A stretch of DNA of 64,000 nt from Dehalococcoidia bacterium (GTDB lineage: Bacteria > Chloroflexota > Dehalococcoidia > Lucifugimonadales > VXLM01), in NCBI GenBank assembly GCA_965242665.1, contig OZ251484.1:1470249-1534248 (forward strand), written 5' to 3'. The translations under genes were made by a program, and so were the position numbers. Below are positions 44,982 through 55,592 of the stretch, piece after piece; position 1 is the stretch's first letter, and each line of letters begins with the position of its first letter. The notes beneath the pieces were generated by a model that saw only the letters and a list, made by a program, of their open reading frames with translations, was not told the DNA's origin and searched no databases.

Positions 44982-46382
44982 ATGGACGATACCGCCAGAA
45001 TCCAAGAAGAGATCGACCGGCTGAACGAAGAGACCGGCGGCGCAATCCGCCGCTACGGATTCGACTTCGACCGCCCGCAGATAGAAGCCTTCCTCCGCAG
45101 CCGCACGGTCGACGAGACCATCGACGCACTCCGCCAGCTGGCGGAGTGGCAGCAAGTCGTCAACCGCCAAAACCACGACGGCGTAACCCTCACTCCCGCC
45201 CTCGCGGACTTCCTCGCAGGCCCCGGCGCCGTTGGTGAAAAGCTGGCGCACCTCGAACGACTGCGCCAACGCACGCGCAACGGCGAATTCGACCGCGCCA
45301 ACACCATCCAACGCGACCTCGAATACCACCGCTACAACTGGGCCTACCGCGAAGAAATCTCGGACGCATCCACCCGTCCCGCAAACGGCCCCTACGACGA
45401 GTTCGCGGCCCTGCCCACCCTTCCCCCGCAAACCTGCGAACCATTCGTCCTCGATGGGCAGCATCTGGTCGAGGCTCGCCGCGCGGCATTCGAGGCATAC
45501 ACCCTCCTGCGATTCCTCCAAGAATTCGCATCCTGCACGTCCCGCCCCATCCTCCTCGTCGGAAACGACCGATACGGACGACAATGGGGCGTCGAACCCC
45601 TAGAAGACCGCCTGAGCCGCAGCTTCACCATCCTCTATCCCCGCGTCCCCTCTCACAAATCGACCCGCCTGACCGTCCCCAACCAAATCGAAAACACCGG
45701 CGTCCGCTCCGGATTCGACCGCCAAACGATTCGCCTCCTCAGCGAACGAATGCCGCACGTCATCATCGTCGACGCCAGGAACGTGGGACAAGGAAAAGAC
45801 CGCGCACTCATGCGGATGTCCCGCGGATGCCGCGACTACGCAAACTGGTTCATCGCCTTCAACGACCTGCGCGCAGACGGCGACGCCTCGAAATACGAAC
45901 ACAAGATGCCGCACCCCCCAAATCACTACCCCGAACTAAAGCGATGGTTCGAGTTCGTCCAAGTACAACGAAAGATACGCCCATGGATCCAGCCGGGCGA
46001 CACATACTCCATGACGATGTGGGCCCCAAAGTTCACCGACGAGACCGTCCTCGGAGACTTCAAGGTGAAGACCAGACCCGTCGAGTACGGCTCCGACGAT
46101 CCCCAGGTCGTCCTAGCCAACCCGCTCGTCTACCGCACAGACCAAGACGAGCCCAACCTCCATGAGAACTTGCGCGGCAACCGCCCGTACTACTTCGACG
46201 GGCCCGAGCGCCACGTCCGCGCAAAGTTGCAGTTCGGGTTCGGAGAGCACGGCCTGGAGTCCAGGGTAGAGGGGAACACCACGGACGAGTTCGTCGAGGC
46301 CGTCCAACAGTTCATTCGGCAAGAGGTCGCGCGGTTGGCGGAAATGGAACCGCAGCTTATTGAGGATGCAGCCGTCCAATGA
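44982..46382 (+). CDS. Hypothetical cytoplasmic protein (466 aa). It is the first gene of the ABC permease/ATPase operon.
   Basis: A long ORF with ordinary codon usage and no recognisable motif. It is on the same strand as the downstream ABC genes, though a ~200-nt gap with its own extended -10 separates them. Confidence 0.55.
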   Translation: MDDTARIQEEIDRLNEETGGAIRRYGFDFDRPQIEAFLRSRTVDETIDALRQLAEWQQVVNRQNHDGVTLTPALADFLAGPGAVGEKLAHLERLRQRTRNGEFDRANTIQRDLEYHRYNWAYREEISDASTRPANGPYDEFAALPTLPPQTCEPFVLDGQHLVEARRAAFEAYTLLRFLQEFASCTSRPILLVGNDRYGRQWGVEPLEDRLSRSFTILYPRVPSHKSTRLTVPNQIENTGVRSGFDRQTIRLLSERMPHVIIVDARNVGQGKDRALMRMSRGCRDYANWFIAFNDLRADGDASKYEHKMPHPPNHYPELKRWFEFVQVQRKIRPWIQPGDTYSMTMWAPKFTDETVLGDFKVKTRPVEYGSDDPQVVLANPLVYRTDQDEPNLHENLRGNRPYYFDGPERHVRAKLQFGFGEHGLESRVEGNTTDEFVEAVQQFIRQEVARLAEMEPQLIEDAAVQ

Positions 46383-46400
46383 TGCCAGTCCGTTCCCTGT

Positions 46401-46410
46401 TTTGGGTATA
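46401..46410 (+). promoter_or_regulatory. Extended -10 element TGGGTATAAT upstream of the ABC permease genes
   Basis: ttttgggtataatgagg lies within the 200-nt leader. Confidence 0.35.
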
Positions 46411-46587
46411 ATGAGGCGAGACAATACAGCCTGCACCCAGAAACCATCGTCCGCGTGCGGACGCGCACTCTCTCGCAAGGGCATTCCCCACGCCGTCTCG
46501 CAAGGAACGCGCGGCGAGAGCCTGCCCCCGCCCACTCCCGCTGCAGGACACTCCCAAAATCTCCGAACGGCCGCCCCGCTGCAATAG

Positions 46588-49500
46588 ATGCGCAAACTAA
46601 CGAACGCACGCCTCGTATCCAATCGCCTCCTGGACGAGTGGAAGCTGCTCTCGAGCGTCTTCATCGGCATCCTCGTCGCCGTCGCAATCAGCGTCGCATC
46701 CACCGCATACCTCACCGCCCTCGAACAACTCGCGTTCCGCGTATCCCTCAACCAAATATCGGCCCCCCTCCTCAACCTCACGGTATTCACCAAGCGCATC
46801 CCCCTAACCCGCAGCGCCATCGAACGCATGGACGACGTCATGACATCGTCCTCCACAACCCATATCGAAGACCTCTACGTCGGCCACGAAACCTACATCA
46901 AGGGCGCCTCCTCGATCGTCGGCATGGACGGCGCGCCCCTCCCCCCCGTCGGCGGCGCGGAGTCGACCACGCAGGTACTCGAAGGCTTCTTCCACTCACT
47001 CAGCAGCGTCGAAGACCACGCAGAATTCGTCGACGGACGCGCCCCCAGCTCATCCCCCGTCGAAACGCCGTCCGGCGCCGCCGTCGAAGCAATGATATCC
47101 GAGCAAGTGGCCGAGGAGTCGAAACTCGGACCGGGAGACTCCGTCGTGGTCGCTCGGGACGTGTTCACACAGACGAGGATCACCGCCAACATCGTCGGCG
47201 TCTTTCGAGCGGACGACCTCCGAGACGACTACTGGAGCACCGCCGCCATCGTCCTAACGTCCCAATCAGCCGCCGCACAGGGCGGCGCAGAAGCAGGATT
47301 CCCCCCGCCAGACGGCGTCGTATGGGACCCAAACCAAGACCTCGCCATCGGCCTATTCGTCCACACGGACATCCTGACAGACGTCGTCGGCCCAGCTGCC
47401 TCCCGATCCCTAACCAACCCCATCATCTTCGGCAAGATCGACAAGGCAAGACTCGGCTCCTGGACTGCGTCTACCTTCGTAGAACGCCTCGACCTCCTCG
47501 AAAATGACATCCTCGACGCAATGCCAGGATCCACCGTGAGCTCCGGCGCGCTGCGCGGCCTGATAGACAACGTCGGACGACGCGCGTTCTTCTCCAGGAT
47601 ACCCCTCCTGCTATTGCAAACCGTCATGGTCGTAACCGTCATGTTCTACATGACCATGATGATCTCCTACCTCGCCAGAAGCCGAGAACGCGACGCCGCG
47701 CTGATGCGAACCCGCGGCGTTGGAATCGCAGACCTCATCAGACTCTACGCAATAGAAGGCGCAGTGATGGCGGCGGCCGCACTCGTCATCGGCTCCCCAA
47801 TCGCCCTCGGGGCGATCGCCCTGCTCGGACTCGTCCCTCCCTTCCGAGCAACCACAGGCGGCGAGCTCCTCCTCGTCAGTCCAGACCCGCTCGCCTTCGG
47901 CATCGGCGCGTCCGTCGCCCTCGCCTGCCTGCTGCTGTACGTCCTGTTCGGAGCGGCCGGCGCCCGAAGCGGCCTGCTGGCGCAAAAGATGCGAGCCGCC
48001 CGGCCGGCAACCATGTCCTTCTTCCATCGCCGCTATCTGGACATAGGACTCGTCAGCATCGGAGGACTCGTGTTTTGGGAGCTCCAAAACAGAGAACAGA
48101 TCGTGTCGAGCGGTCTATTCACCGAGCTCCAGGTAAACGAAATTCTCCTGTTCGGCCCCATCCTGTTCTTGGTCGTCGTAGCCCTGTTCTTCATGCGCTT
48201 CTTCCCCCTCCTCGTCCGCTACATCGCCGGCGAATCCACCGCACTCACCCACATCCTCGCGGCCCTGTCAGTCTGCGGACTCACAGTCGGCATCCTCTAC
48301 CTCGCGTTCTGGGACAGCCAAGAATCCGCCTCCTACCTGCCCGCGGTCGTCGTGTTGGCTGTAGGCTGTGCATACTACCTAACGAACCGCTTCCGAAGCA
48401 GCGCATGGTGGTGGCTCGGCATCGCCGCCCAAACGGCATTGGTCGCCGCTTACGTCCTCACCGCGGACGGCATCCACCCCGACCGCGGCCTCCTGTTCGC
48501 CGCAGAGGCAGGCCTCCTCTCCATCGTGCCCGCCCAAATGCTATACCGCCTCCTATCTCTCGTCACCCGATCCGCCCCGGTATGGCTCTCCATCAGCCTT
48601 TGGCACATGGCGCGCAACCCCCTCCAATACACATGGCTCGTCCTCCTCCTAGTCCTGGTAACCGGACTCTGCATCTTCGCCACCACCGTGGGAGGAACCC
48701 TCACTCGCAGCCAAGAAGACCAGGTGCAGTTCGACACCCCGACCGACATGCGCATCCAAGGCCGCCCGCTGTTCATGAGCGATGGACTCCGCGAAATGCG
48801 CGATCGTTTCGTCGATACCCCGGCGGTCTCGCATGGCGCGTTGGGGCACCGCGCCGGCGCATCGATCGGCTCCACCTCCGTGCAGCTGCTCGCGCTCGAA
48901 CCCGACAGATTCGCAGAAGTCGGGTGGTTCAGAGAAGACTTCGCAGACACGACACTCGAAGAGCTCATGGCCCGAATAACCGTGCGCCCCCCAGACGATT
49001 CGATAACCCTCCCTCCAGAAGCGCAAAGCATCGGCCTCTGGCTGAAGCCCCTGGAGTTTCAGCCCCTCATCTCCGTATGGGTCGTCGTTCGAGACGCCAA
49101 CGGTGAAGTGCGCACCATCTCGCTTGGCGAAGCCGGAGAAACCAACTGGCACAAGGCAAGCAACTCATTGCCCGAAGACTTGGCACGCCCTCTGGACTTG
49201 CTGGCAGTCACCCTCTACGAGCCCGGCGCTGCGACGCAGAACGAAGGCGGCGGAACCCCCGGCACCATCATATTCGACGACATCCACGTCACCCTCCCAG
49301 ACGGCTCCGACCGACTCCTCGAAGGCTTCGAAGGCGAAAACGTCTGGTCGCCAATTCCCACAAGCGCCCTGGGGTCCGACGTCCTGTACCCCACCCCGGA
49401 CAATCCGTTCTCCGGCGCCCGCTCCGGCCAATTCACCTTTGGAACGGACAGAAACCGCTCCATACGCGGGATATACTACACCAAGGGCGGCGGCGTGATA

Positions 49501-50286
49501 CCCGTCATCATCAGCCAAGGAGCCGCCGACGTTACCGGACTCCGCCAAGGTATGGCCCAGGTCGTCAACGTATCCGGCTGGCAGGTGCCCATCGAAATCG
49601 CCGCAGTGATCGACCTATTCCCTACTCTCGACACCACGAGCTCCGGATTCCTGATAGCCGACATGGAAGCCCTACTCACGTTCATGAACATCATGAGCCA
49701 GCTGTCCACCGTCGAGCCCAACGAACTACACCTCCAAAAGTCCGGCCTCGCCCCAGGCATCATCGAAGATATCTCCAAAGACCTCTCAGCCATTCTCCTA
49801 AAGGTCAGCGACCGCACAGCGCAACTCGAAGAAATACGCCTCGACCCGCTCCAAAACACCGGGTGGAGGGCGCTCGTCCTCGTTGCCCTAGTAGTCGCCG
49901 CGCTCTCCGCAGTATTCGGCTACGTCGCATACATGCTCCTAGTCGGAGAGCAGAGCCAGCACGAGACGGGGTTCCTACAGTCCCTCGGGCTTTCGCGGCT
50001 TCAGCTGCTCGGACTGCTCTGCTTCGAGCACCTGACGGTCGTCGCACTGGGACTGGGCGTCGGAACGTGGGCGGGTTTCCAAATGAGCCGGCTCATGGTC
50101 GCCCCATTGGCAGTCTCCGACATCGGACAGCCCATCGTCCCCCCGTTCATCCTCATCACCGACTGGTCGATGATGATCCCAACATATGCCGCCATCCTCG
50201 CCGTCTTCGTCTCCACGCTGTTCGTTCTCTACCGTTCCATCGGAAGGACGAATCTGTTCGAGCTGGCAAGGGGCGTCGAGGCCTAA
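46588..50286 (+). CDS. Giant ABC transporter permease with two FtsX (MacB-like) transmembrane modules and large extracytoplasmic domains
   Basis: A 1232-aa protein. FtsX-type 4-TM modules occur twice, and the second ends ...LQSLGLSRLQLLGLL.... Confidence 0.8.
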   Translation: MRKLTNARLVSNRLLDEWKLLSSVFIGILVAVAISVASTAYLTALEQLAFRVSLNQISAPLLNLTVFTKRIPLTRSAIERMDDVMTSSSTTHIEDLYVGHETYIKGASSIVGMDGAPLPPVGGAESTTQVLEGFFHSLSSVEDHAEFVDGRAPSSSPVETPSGAAVEAMISEQVAEESKLGPGDSVVVARDVFTQTRITANIVGVFRADDLRDDYWSTAAIVLTSQSAAAQGGAEAGFPPPDGVVWDPNQDLAIGLFVHTDILTDVVGPAASRSLTNPIIFGKIDKARLGSWTASTFVERLDLLENDILDAMPGSTVSSGALRGLIDNVGRRAFFSRIPLLLLQTVMVVTVMFYMTMMISYLARSRERDAALMRTRGVGIADLIRLYAIEGAVMAAAALVIGSPIALGAIALLGLVPPFRATTGGELLLVSPDPLAFGIGASVALACLLLYVLFGAAGARSGLLAQKMRAARPATMSFFHRRYLDIGLVSIGGLVFWELQNREQIVSSGLFTELQVNEILLFGPILFLVVVALFFMRFFPLLVRYIAGESTALTHILAALSVCGLTVGILYLAFWDSQESASYLPAVVVLAVGCAYYLTNRFRSSAWWWLGIAAQTALVAAYVLTADGIHPDRGLLFAAEAGLLSIVPAQMLYRLLSLVTRSAPVWLSISLWHMARNPLQYTWLVLLLVLVTGLCIFATTVGGTLTRSQEDQVQFDTPTDMRIQGRPLFMSDGLREMRDRFVDTPAVSHGALGHRAGASIGSTSVQLLALEPDRFAEVGWFREDFADTTLEELMARITVRPPDDSITLPPEAQSIGLWLKPLEFQPLISVWVVVRDANGEVRTISLGEAGETNWHKASNSLPEDLARPLDLLAVTLYEPGAATQNEGGGTPGTIIFDDIHVTLPDGSDRLLEGFEGENVWSPIPTSALGSDVLYPTPDNPFSGARSGQFTFGTDRNRSIRGIYYTKGGGVIPVIISQGAADVTGLRQGMAQVVNVSGWQVPIEIAAVIDLFPTLDTTSSGFLIADMEALLTFMNIMSQLSTVEPNELHLQKSGLAPGIIEDISKDLSAILLKVSDRTAQLEEIRLDPLQNTGWRALVLVALVVAALSAVFGYVAYMLLVGEQSQHETGFLQSLGLSRLQLLGLLCFEHLTVVALGLGVGTWAGFQMSRLMVAPLAVSDIGQPIVPPFILITDWSMMIPTYAAILAVFVSTLFVLYRSIGRTNLFELARGVEA

Positions 50287-50370
50287 CCCCAGGGACGAAG
50301 AGCAACCAACGGAGCCAAGCAACGTTCTTTATATCCATGGAGAGTTTGGGCTACAATTCAAAGTACGGAG

Positions 50371-53300
50371 GTGGCCCGCATTGAGGAATCTGGAATGATA
50401 TCCGCCGTCCAGCGGTTCGCAGCAGCCTGGCAGTTCGTAATCAAGCGCAGCCTTGCGCATTGGCGGCTGCTATCCTCCGTGGTGTTGGGCGTCCTGCTCG
50501 CGTCCGCCATCATGTCCGGAACCGTCGTCTACTTCGACGCCCTCCGCGAAATCGCCCTCCGCAGCGCCCTTTCCCAGCACTCTCAGCCCGACCTGAACAT
50601 CATCATGCAAGGGCAGCGGGGGCCCGTCAATGCGGAAGAGGCCGCGCGGGTAGAGCGCGTCGTCGACAACGCCGTCGACAGCAGGCTGGAGTGGCTCATC
50701 GACGGCGTCCGCACCGCCGCGAAGACTCCGACCATGTTCCTCACCGCCGCGGGCGAGGAAGAGGGCGCCGGCGACGACAACGCCCGCGCCTACTTCACCT
50801 ACTCCCCGGACATCGCAGAGGAGATCGTCATCCGCGGAGGCAGCCTGCCCCGACCCGAACCAGTCAACGCACCGGGAGAGCCCTTCGCCATCGAAGCCAT
50901 GATCCCAATCGAAGCATCCGAAACCTTCGGCGCCCGCATTGGAGACCGGATGTCCGCCGTCCTACCTTGGTCGGACGACCTCTCACGCGTCGAGGTCGTC
51001 ATCAGCGCCATCTTCCAGCGGAAGAACCCCAACGCCGATATCTGGCGCCTCGATGAAACCGTCCTCCAAGCCGCAACCGGACAAAGCTTCCGAACCATGC
51101 CCCTGCACGTATCGCGCGAGGCGTTCCTAGAAACCCTGGGCCCGCGCCTCCGCAGAATGCAGGCCACCTACGCATGGCTGCTCATAACCGACACCAGCCG
51201 CATCCACGCCAGAAACAGCGCCGACACCCTCGCAGACATCAGACAAACGAACGCCGCCCTCAACGCCACCCTGGGCAGCTTCCGACAGACCACATCCCTG
51301 GACAACGCCCTCGCAGAGTACGACCGCCGATTGTTCTTCAGCAAGCTGCCCATGTTCGTCGTCCTCGTACTCATCGCAATCGTCATCCTCTACTACGTGG
51401 CCACCCTGTCATCCCTCATCGTCGAAGACCGGCGCAGCGAAGTCGCCCTGCTCAGAAGCCGAGGAGCCACATCCTCGCAAATCCTCATGGTATTCGTCAT
51501 GGAAGGGTTGACCATCGCCGTCCTGTCTGTCCTCTTGGGGCCCATCCTCGCCGCGGGAGTAGTAAGCGTACTTGGACTAACGCCCGCATTCTCCGGGCTG
51601 ACCGCAGGCGGCGTCTTGACGGTCAGCCTGTCGAGCGGCGCGTACCTCATGGCCGCCCTCGGCGGCCTACTGAGCTTCGCCGCGCTCATCTTCCCGGCAT
51701 TCCGCGCCTCCCGAATCAACGTCACCCAAGAACGACAACGCTCCGCAAGACCCACCGACCTCCCGATCTTCCAACGTTACTACCTCGACGTACTCTTGCT
51801 CATCGTCGGCATATTCCTGTTTCGTCAACTGACCGAGCAAGGCTCCGTCGTCGCCCGAAACCTATTCGGCGAAATCGCCGTCAACCAAATGCTCCTGGCC
51901 GTCCCAGGCATCATCCTGATCGCCTCCGCAATGGTGCTTCTGCGCCTCTTCCCCATTGCCATGAATATCGTCAGCCGCACTCTCTCCTCCTGGCTCCCCG
52001 CAGGAATGGTCATGGGCGTCTGGCAGATGGCGCGCAACCCCGCACACTACGCCCGCTTGTCTCTCCTGCTCATACTCACCGCAGGACTCGGAATCTTCGC
52101 ATCCAGCTTCAGCGCCACTCTCGACCGCAGCTTCGTGGAGAGAGTCCTCTTCTTCACCGGCAGCGATGTGCGCCTCAACGGAAACGTCCCCGTCTCCTCA
52201 TACCGACGCAGCCCGTCCGCAGACACCCAGTTCGAATCGACCAGCAGCCTAACCGAGCGGTACGAACGAATCCCAGGCGTGGACAACGTCAGCCTAGTAC
52301 GCAGAAGCTCCGGCCACGACCTCTCGAAACTGTTTGGCGGAACCTACGACATGCTGGCGGTCGACCCACAGAGCTTCCTCGAAGTCGCCTGGTTCCGAAG
52401 CGACTTCGCAGACCAACCAATGCGCGGCCTCCTCTCCTCCCTGCAATCCCAAGGCGGACCCCAGGGAATCCCTCTCCCGAACGGATCGAAACGCTTGAGC
52501 GTGCGTGTCAAACCCGACCGACCCCATCCGTCGATCCGCATGACCGCGCGCGTAACCGACGCGAACGGACGATACCACAGCTACTGGTTGGGCAGCATCA
52601 ACTTCGGCAGCTGGGAAACCTTGGACGTCGACCTCTCCGAACGGCGAGGAAGAGGCCAACCCCCCTCCCCTCCGACCGAACCCCTCACCCTCACCTCCCT
52701 GTGGATCCAGGAGTTCAGAGGCGACCGCAACCTCCAACCCGGCTCCGTCCTAATCAACGAAATCCGTGTGACCGACGACCAGGGAACAACGACCGTCATA
52801 GAACCGTTCGATTCCGTAGACCAGTGGAGCCTATTGCGCACATCCGACAGCGCAGTCGTGGACGTCCTGCGACCCTCCGACGTCGGGTTCGACGGGGAGT
52901 CCGGCTCTGCCCTCTATTCATGGGGCGAAGGTGCAGCGCTATCCCCCCGCGGTATCTTCCACGGACAACTTACGCCCTTGCCAGTGATCGCAAGCAAAGG
53001 CTTCAACAAGAACACCGGACACAAGATAGGCGAAGAATTCGACGTCTCATTCTCCGGACACCGCGTCCCCATCCGCATCGTCGACGAAGTATCTCTGTTC
53101 CCAACCATGAACATCCGCGACAAGAGCTTCCTGGTCTCGGACGTGGATTCCATAGTCAAGTACGCCAGCATCGGATCGATCACCGGAGAAGTCCTGCCGA
53201 ACGAACTATGGATATCCTCCAGCTCCACAGGAACGCAACGAGAAGCCCTAATCGAGAGATTGAATCTCGACGGCGCGTTCCTCATCGACTCCTTCCAAGA

Positions 53301-53778
53301 CCGGGACGCCCTCCTCGCAGAATCGGAAGTCGATCCCCTCGTCAAGGCAGGATGGCGCTCGCTCCTCTTCATCGCCTTCTCATCCGTGCTGGCCCTGAGC
53401 TGCCTCGGATTCCTCGTCCACGCATACGTATCGTTCAGAAACAGGCAACTCCAATTCGCCCTACTCAGAACAGTAGGATTTTCGATGCGCCAACTCGTCA
53501 CCATGGTCTGGCTCGAGCAGATCCTGGTCATCCTCGTCGGACTCGCGCTCGGAACATGGATGGGCGGGCGCTTGGGCGCGGTCATCATGCCGTTCCTCGG
53601 CCACGACGACTTCGGTTCGCAGGTCATGCCCCCCTTCGTCATGCAGACCAACTGGAGCATACTACTAATCACCTACGGGATCATGTTCGTCGTATTCGCC
53701 GTGATAATACTCGGACTGATATGGCTCGTGAACCGCATCTCGTTGCAGCGTGTCCTACGCCTGGGCGAAATCGGGTAG
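50371..53778 (+). CDS. Second giant FtsX-domain ABC transporter permease
   Basis: A 1135-aa protein with the same architecture as the upstream gene (…LRSRGATSSQILMVFVMEGL… / …LLRTVGFSMRQLVTMVWLEQ…). The start is either 50371 or the M at 50395. Confidence 0.8.
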   Translation: MARIEESGMISAVQRFAAAWQFVIKRSLAHWRLLSSVVLGVLLASAIMSGTVVYFDALREIALRSALSQHSQPDLNIIMQGQRGPVNAEEAARVERVVDNAVDSRLEWLIDGVRTAAKTPTMFLTAAGEEEGAGDDNARAYFTYSPDIAEEIVIRGGSLPRPEPVNAPGEPFAIEAMIPIEASETFGARIGDRMSAVLPWSDDLSRVEVVISAIFQRKNPNADIWRLDETVLQAATGQSFRTMPLHVSREAFLETLGPRLRRMQATYAWLLITDTSRIHARNSADTLADIRQTNAALNATLGSFRQTTSLDNALAEYDRRLFFSKLPMFVVLVLIAIVILYYVATLSSLIVEDRRSEVALLRSRGATSSQILMVFVMEGLTIAVLSVLLGPILAAGVVSVLGLTPAFSGLTAGGVLTVSLSSGAYLMAALGGLLSFAALIFPAFRASRINVTQERQRSARPTDLPIFQRYYLDVLLLIVGIFLFRQLTEQGSVVARNLFGEIAVNQMLLAVPGIILIASAMVLLRLFPIAMNIVSRTLSSWLPAGMVMGVWQMARNPAHYARLSLLLILTAGLGIFASSFSATLDRSFVERVLFFTGSDVRLNGNVPVSSYRRSPSADTQFESTSSLTERYERIPGVDNVSLVRRSSGHDLSKLFGGTYDMLAVDPQSFLEVAWFRSDFADQPMRGLLSSLQSQGGPQGIPLPNGSKRLSVRVKPDRPHPSIRMTARVTDANGRYHSYWLGSINFGSWETLDVDLSERRGRGQPPSPPTEPLTLTSLWIQEFRGDRNLQPGSVLINEIRVTDDQGTTTVIEPFDSVDQWSLLRTSDSAVVDVLRPSDVGFDGESGSALYSWGEGAALSPRGIFHGQLTPLPVIASKGFNKNTGHKIGEEFDVSFSGHRVPIRIVDEVSLFPTMNIRDKSFLVSDVDSIVKYASIGSITGEVLPNELWISSSSTGTQREALIERLNLDGAFLIDSFQDRDALLAESEVDPLVKAGWRSLLFIAFSSVLALSCLGFLVHAYVSFRNRQLQFALLRTVGFSMRQLVTMVWLEQILVILVGLALGTWMGGRLGAVIMPFLGHDDFGSQVMPPFVMQTNWSILLITYGIMFVVFAVIILGLIWLVNRISLQRVLRLGEIG

Positions 53779-53800
53779 AATGAATTTCGGAGGAAACGCC

Positions 53801-54685
53801 ATGCGAACGGAAGAATATATCGTCTGCGGAGACCTCTTCAAGATATACAAGATCGCCGACCTCGAGGTCGTAGCGCTGAGAGGACTCGATCTCGTCGTCG
53901 CACATGGAGAAGTCATCGCCATCGTCGGCGCCAGCGGCAGCGGAAAAACTACCCTGTTGAACATCCTCGCAGGATACGACACCCCCTCTGCAGGCAAAGT
54001 CCGCGTCGGCGACCGCGACCTCCTCCGCATGAGAGGACGAGAAGTCGAAGAATACCGCCGACGCGAAGTAGGCTTCGTCTGGCAGCAAACAAGCCGCAAC
54101 CTCTTCCCCTACCTCACCGCGATCGAAAACGTCGCCCTCCCCATGATGCTCACCAACCTCTCCCCCAAAGAACGGCAGGAAAGGTCCCAAGACCTCCTCA
54201 ATCTCGTAGGACTCGGACACCGCCTCGACCACATCCCAGAACGACTCTCCGGCGGCGAGCAACAGCGCGTCGCAATCGCCGTCGCCCTTGCCAACCATCC
54301 CCCCCTCCTCCTAGCAGACGAACCCACAGGCGAACTCGACGACACCACCGCCAGCGAAATACTCGACCTGTTCGGATCCGTCAATACCGAACTCGGCACC
54401 ACCATCGTCGTCGTCACCCACGACCGAGACATCGCCTACAAGGTCGGGCGCGTCGTCCTCATCCGCGACGGCAAGACATCCACCGAAATACGCCGCACGC
54501 ACAGCTACGAACGGCAAATCAGCGGCGAACTCGACGTCCAAACCCCCTTGGAAGAGTACACCCTCGTCGACGGCGCAGGACGAGTCCAACTGCCGCGAGA
54601 GTTCCTGGAAGAAGTGAAAATCCGAGACCGAGCCCGCGTCAAGGTAGAGGATGGCAAAGTAACGATAGTGTCTGGAGAAGAATAA
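53801..54685 (+). CDS. ABC transporter ATP-binding protein (MacB/LolD-type) with a C-terminal extension
   Basis: Walker A GASGSGKTT, signature LSGGEQQRVAIA, Walker B LLLADEPTGELD and H-loop VVVTHD are present. A GGAGGA ribosome-binding site lies upstream. Confidence 0.9.
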   Translation: MRTEEYIVCGDLFKIYKIADLEVVALRGLDLVVAHGEVIAIVGASGSGKTTLLNILAGYDTPSAGKVRVGDRDLLRMRGREVEEYRRREVGFVWQQTSRNLFPYLTAIENVALPMMLTNLSPKERQERSQDLLNLVGLGHRLDHIPERLSGGEQQRVAIAVALANHPPLLLADEPTGELDDTTASEILDLFGSVNTELGTTIVVVTHDRDIAYKVGRVVLIRDGKTSTEIRRTHSYERQISGELDVQTPLEEYTLVDGAGRVQLPREFLEEVKIRDRARVKVEDGKVTIVSGEE

Positions 54686-54686
54686 C

Positions 54687-55592
54687 ATGACCGCATCCCA
54701 GATCATCATCGACATCGAAAACCTCACCCGCGTATACGACGTCGGCGCGGAACAAGTGACCGCAGTCGACGACGTAACCCTGCAAGTCCCACCAGGTCAG
54801 TTCATCGCCCTCATCGGAAGATCCGGATCGGGCAAGACGACCCTCCTGAACCTCATGGCGGGCCTCGACAAGCCAACATCAGGCAAGATCCTGTTCGAAG
54901 GCGAAGACCTAACCCAAATGGGCGAAAAGGCGCTCACGAACATCCGACGCCACAAAATCGGATTCGTCTTCCAAGCATTCGGACTCCTCCCCCTCCTATC
55001 GGCGTTCGAAAACGTCGAACTCCCACTCAGAATCTCCGGATACCGAGCCCGAGAACGCGACGAACGCACGAAAGAAGCGCTCGAAATCGTCGGCCTCCTC
55101 CCCCGCTCCAACCACCGACCCTACGAGCTCTCCGGCGGAGAACAGCAGCGAGTCGCCATCGCACGCGCCATCGTCACCAAGCCCCCCCTCATCCTCGCCG
55201 ACGAGCCCACTGGCGAACTCGACTCTACCAACGCCCAATCGATCTTCGGGCTATTCCGCGAAATGGTCGAAACACGCGGCATCACCGTCGTCGCAGCTAC
55301 CCACGACTCGACCCTCCTCGCCATGGCAGACCAAGTGAACGAAATGCGAGACGGACGCATCGTCGGGCACCTAGAGGGCGAAGACCTTCAACACCGACTG
55401 GAAGAAATCCACGCAAGCCGCTACAGGGACACCCCGCAAGACAGCGCCACACCCAAGCCCGACGATCAGCCAAGACGCGGCGTCGCCCCGGCGGATTCCC
55501 CCGCCCCAAGCAGAGAGCCCGATCAGCCCGAAGCGACGCCTCCATCCGACGAGGACTACATCAGCCGCTTCCGTCGACCATCCGACCGTTAG
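54687..55592 (+). CDS. ABC transporter ATP-binding protein (second ATPase of the system)
   Basis: Walker A GRSGSGKTT, signature LSGGEQQRVAIARA, Walker B LILADEPTGELD and H-loop AATHD are present. Confidence 0.9.
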   Translation: MTASQIIIDIENLTRVYDVGAEQVTAVDDVTLQVPPGQFIALIGRSGSGKTTLLNLMAGLDKPTSGKILFEGEDLTQMGEKALTNIRRHKIGFVFQAFGLLPLLSAFENVELPLRISGYRARERDERTKEALEIVGLLPRSNHRPYELSGGEQQRVAIARAIVTKPPLILADEPTGELDSTNAQSIFGLFREMVETRGITVVAATHDSTLLAMADQVNEMRDGRIVGHLEGEDLQHRLEEIHASRYRDTPQDSATPKPDDQPRRGVAPADSPAPSREPDQPEATPPSDEDYISRFRRPSDR

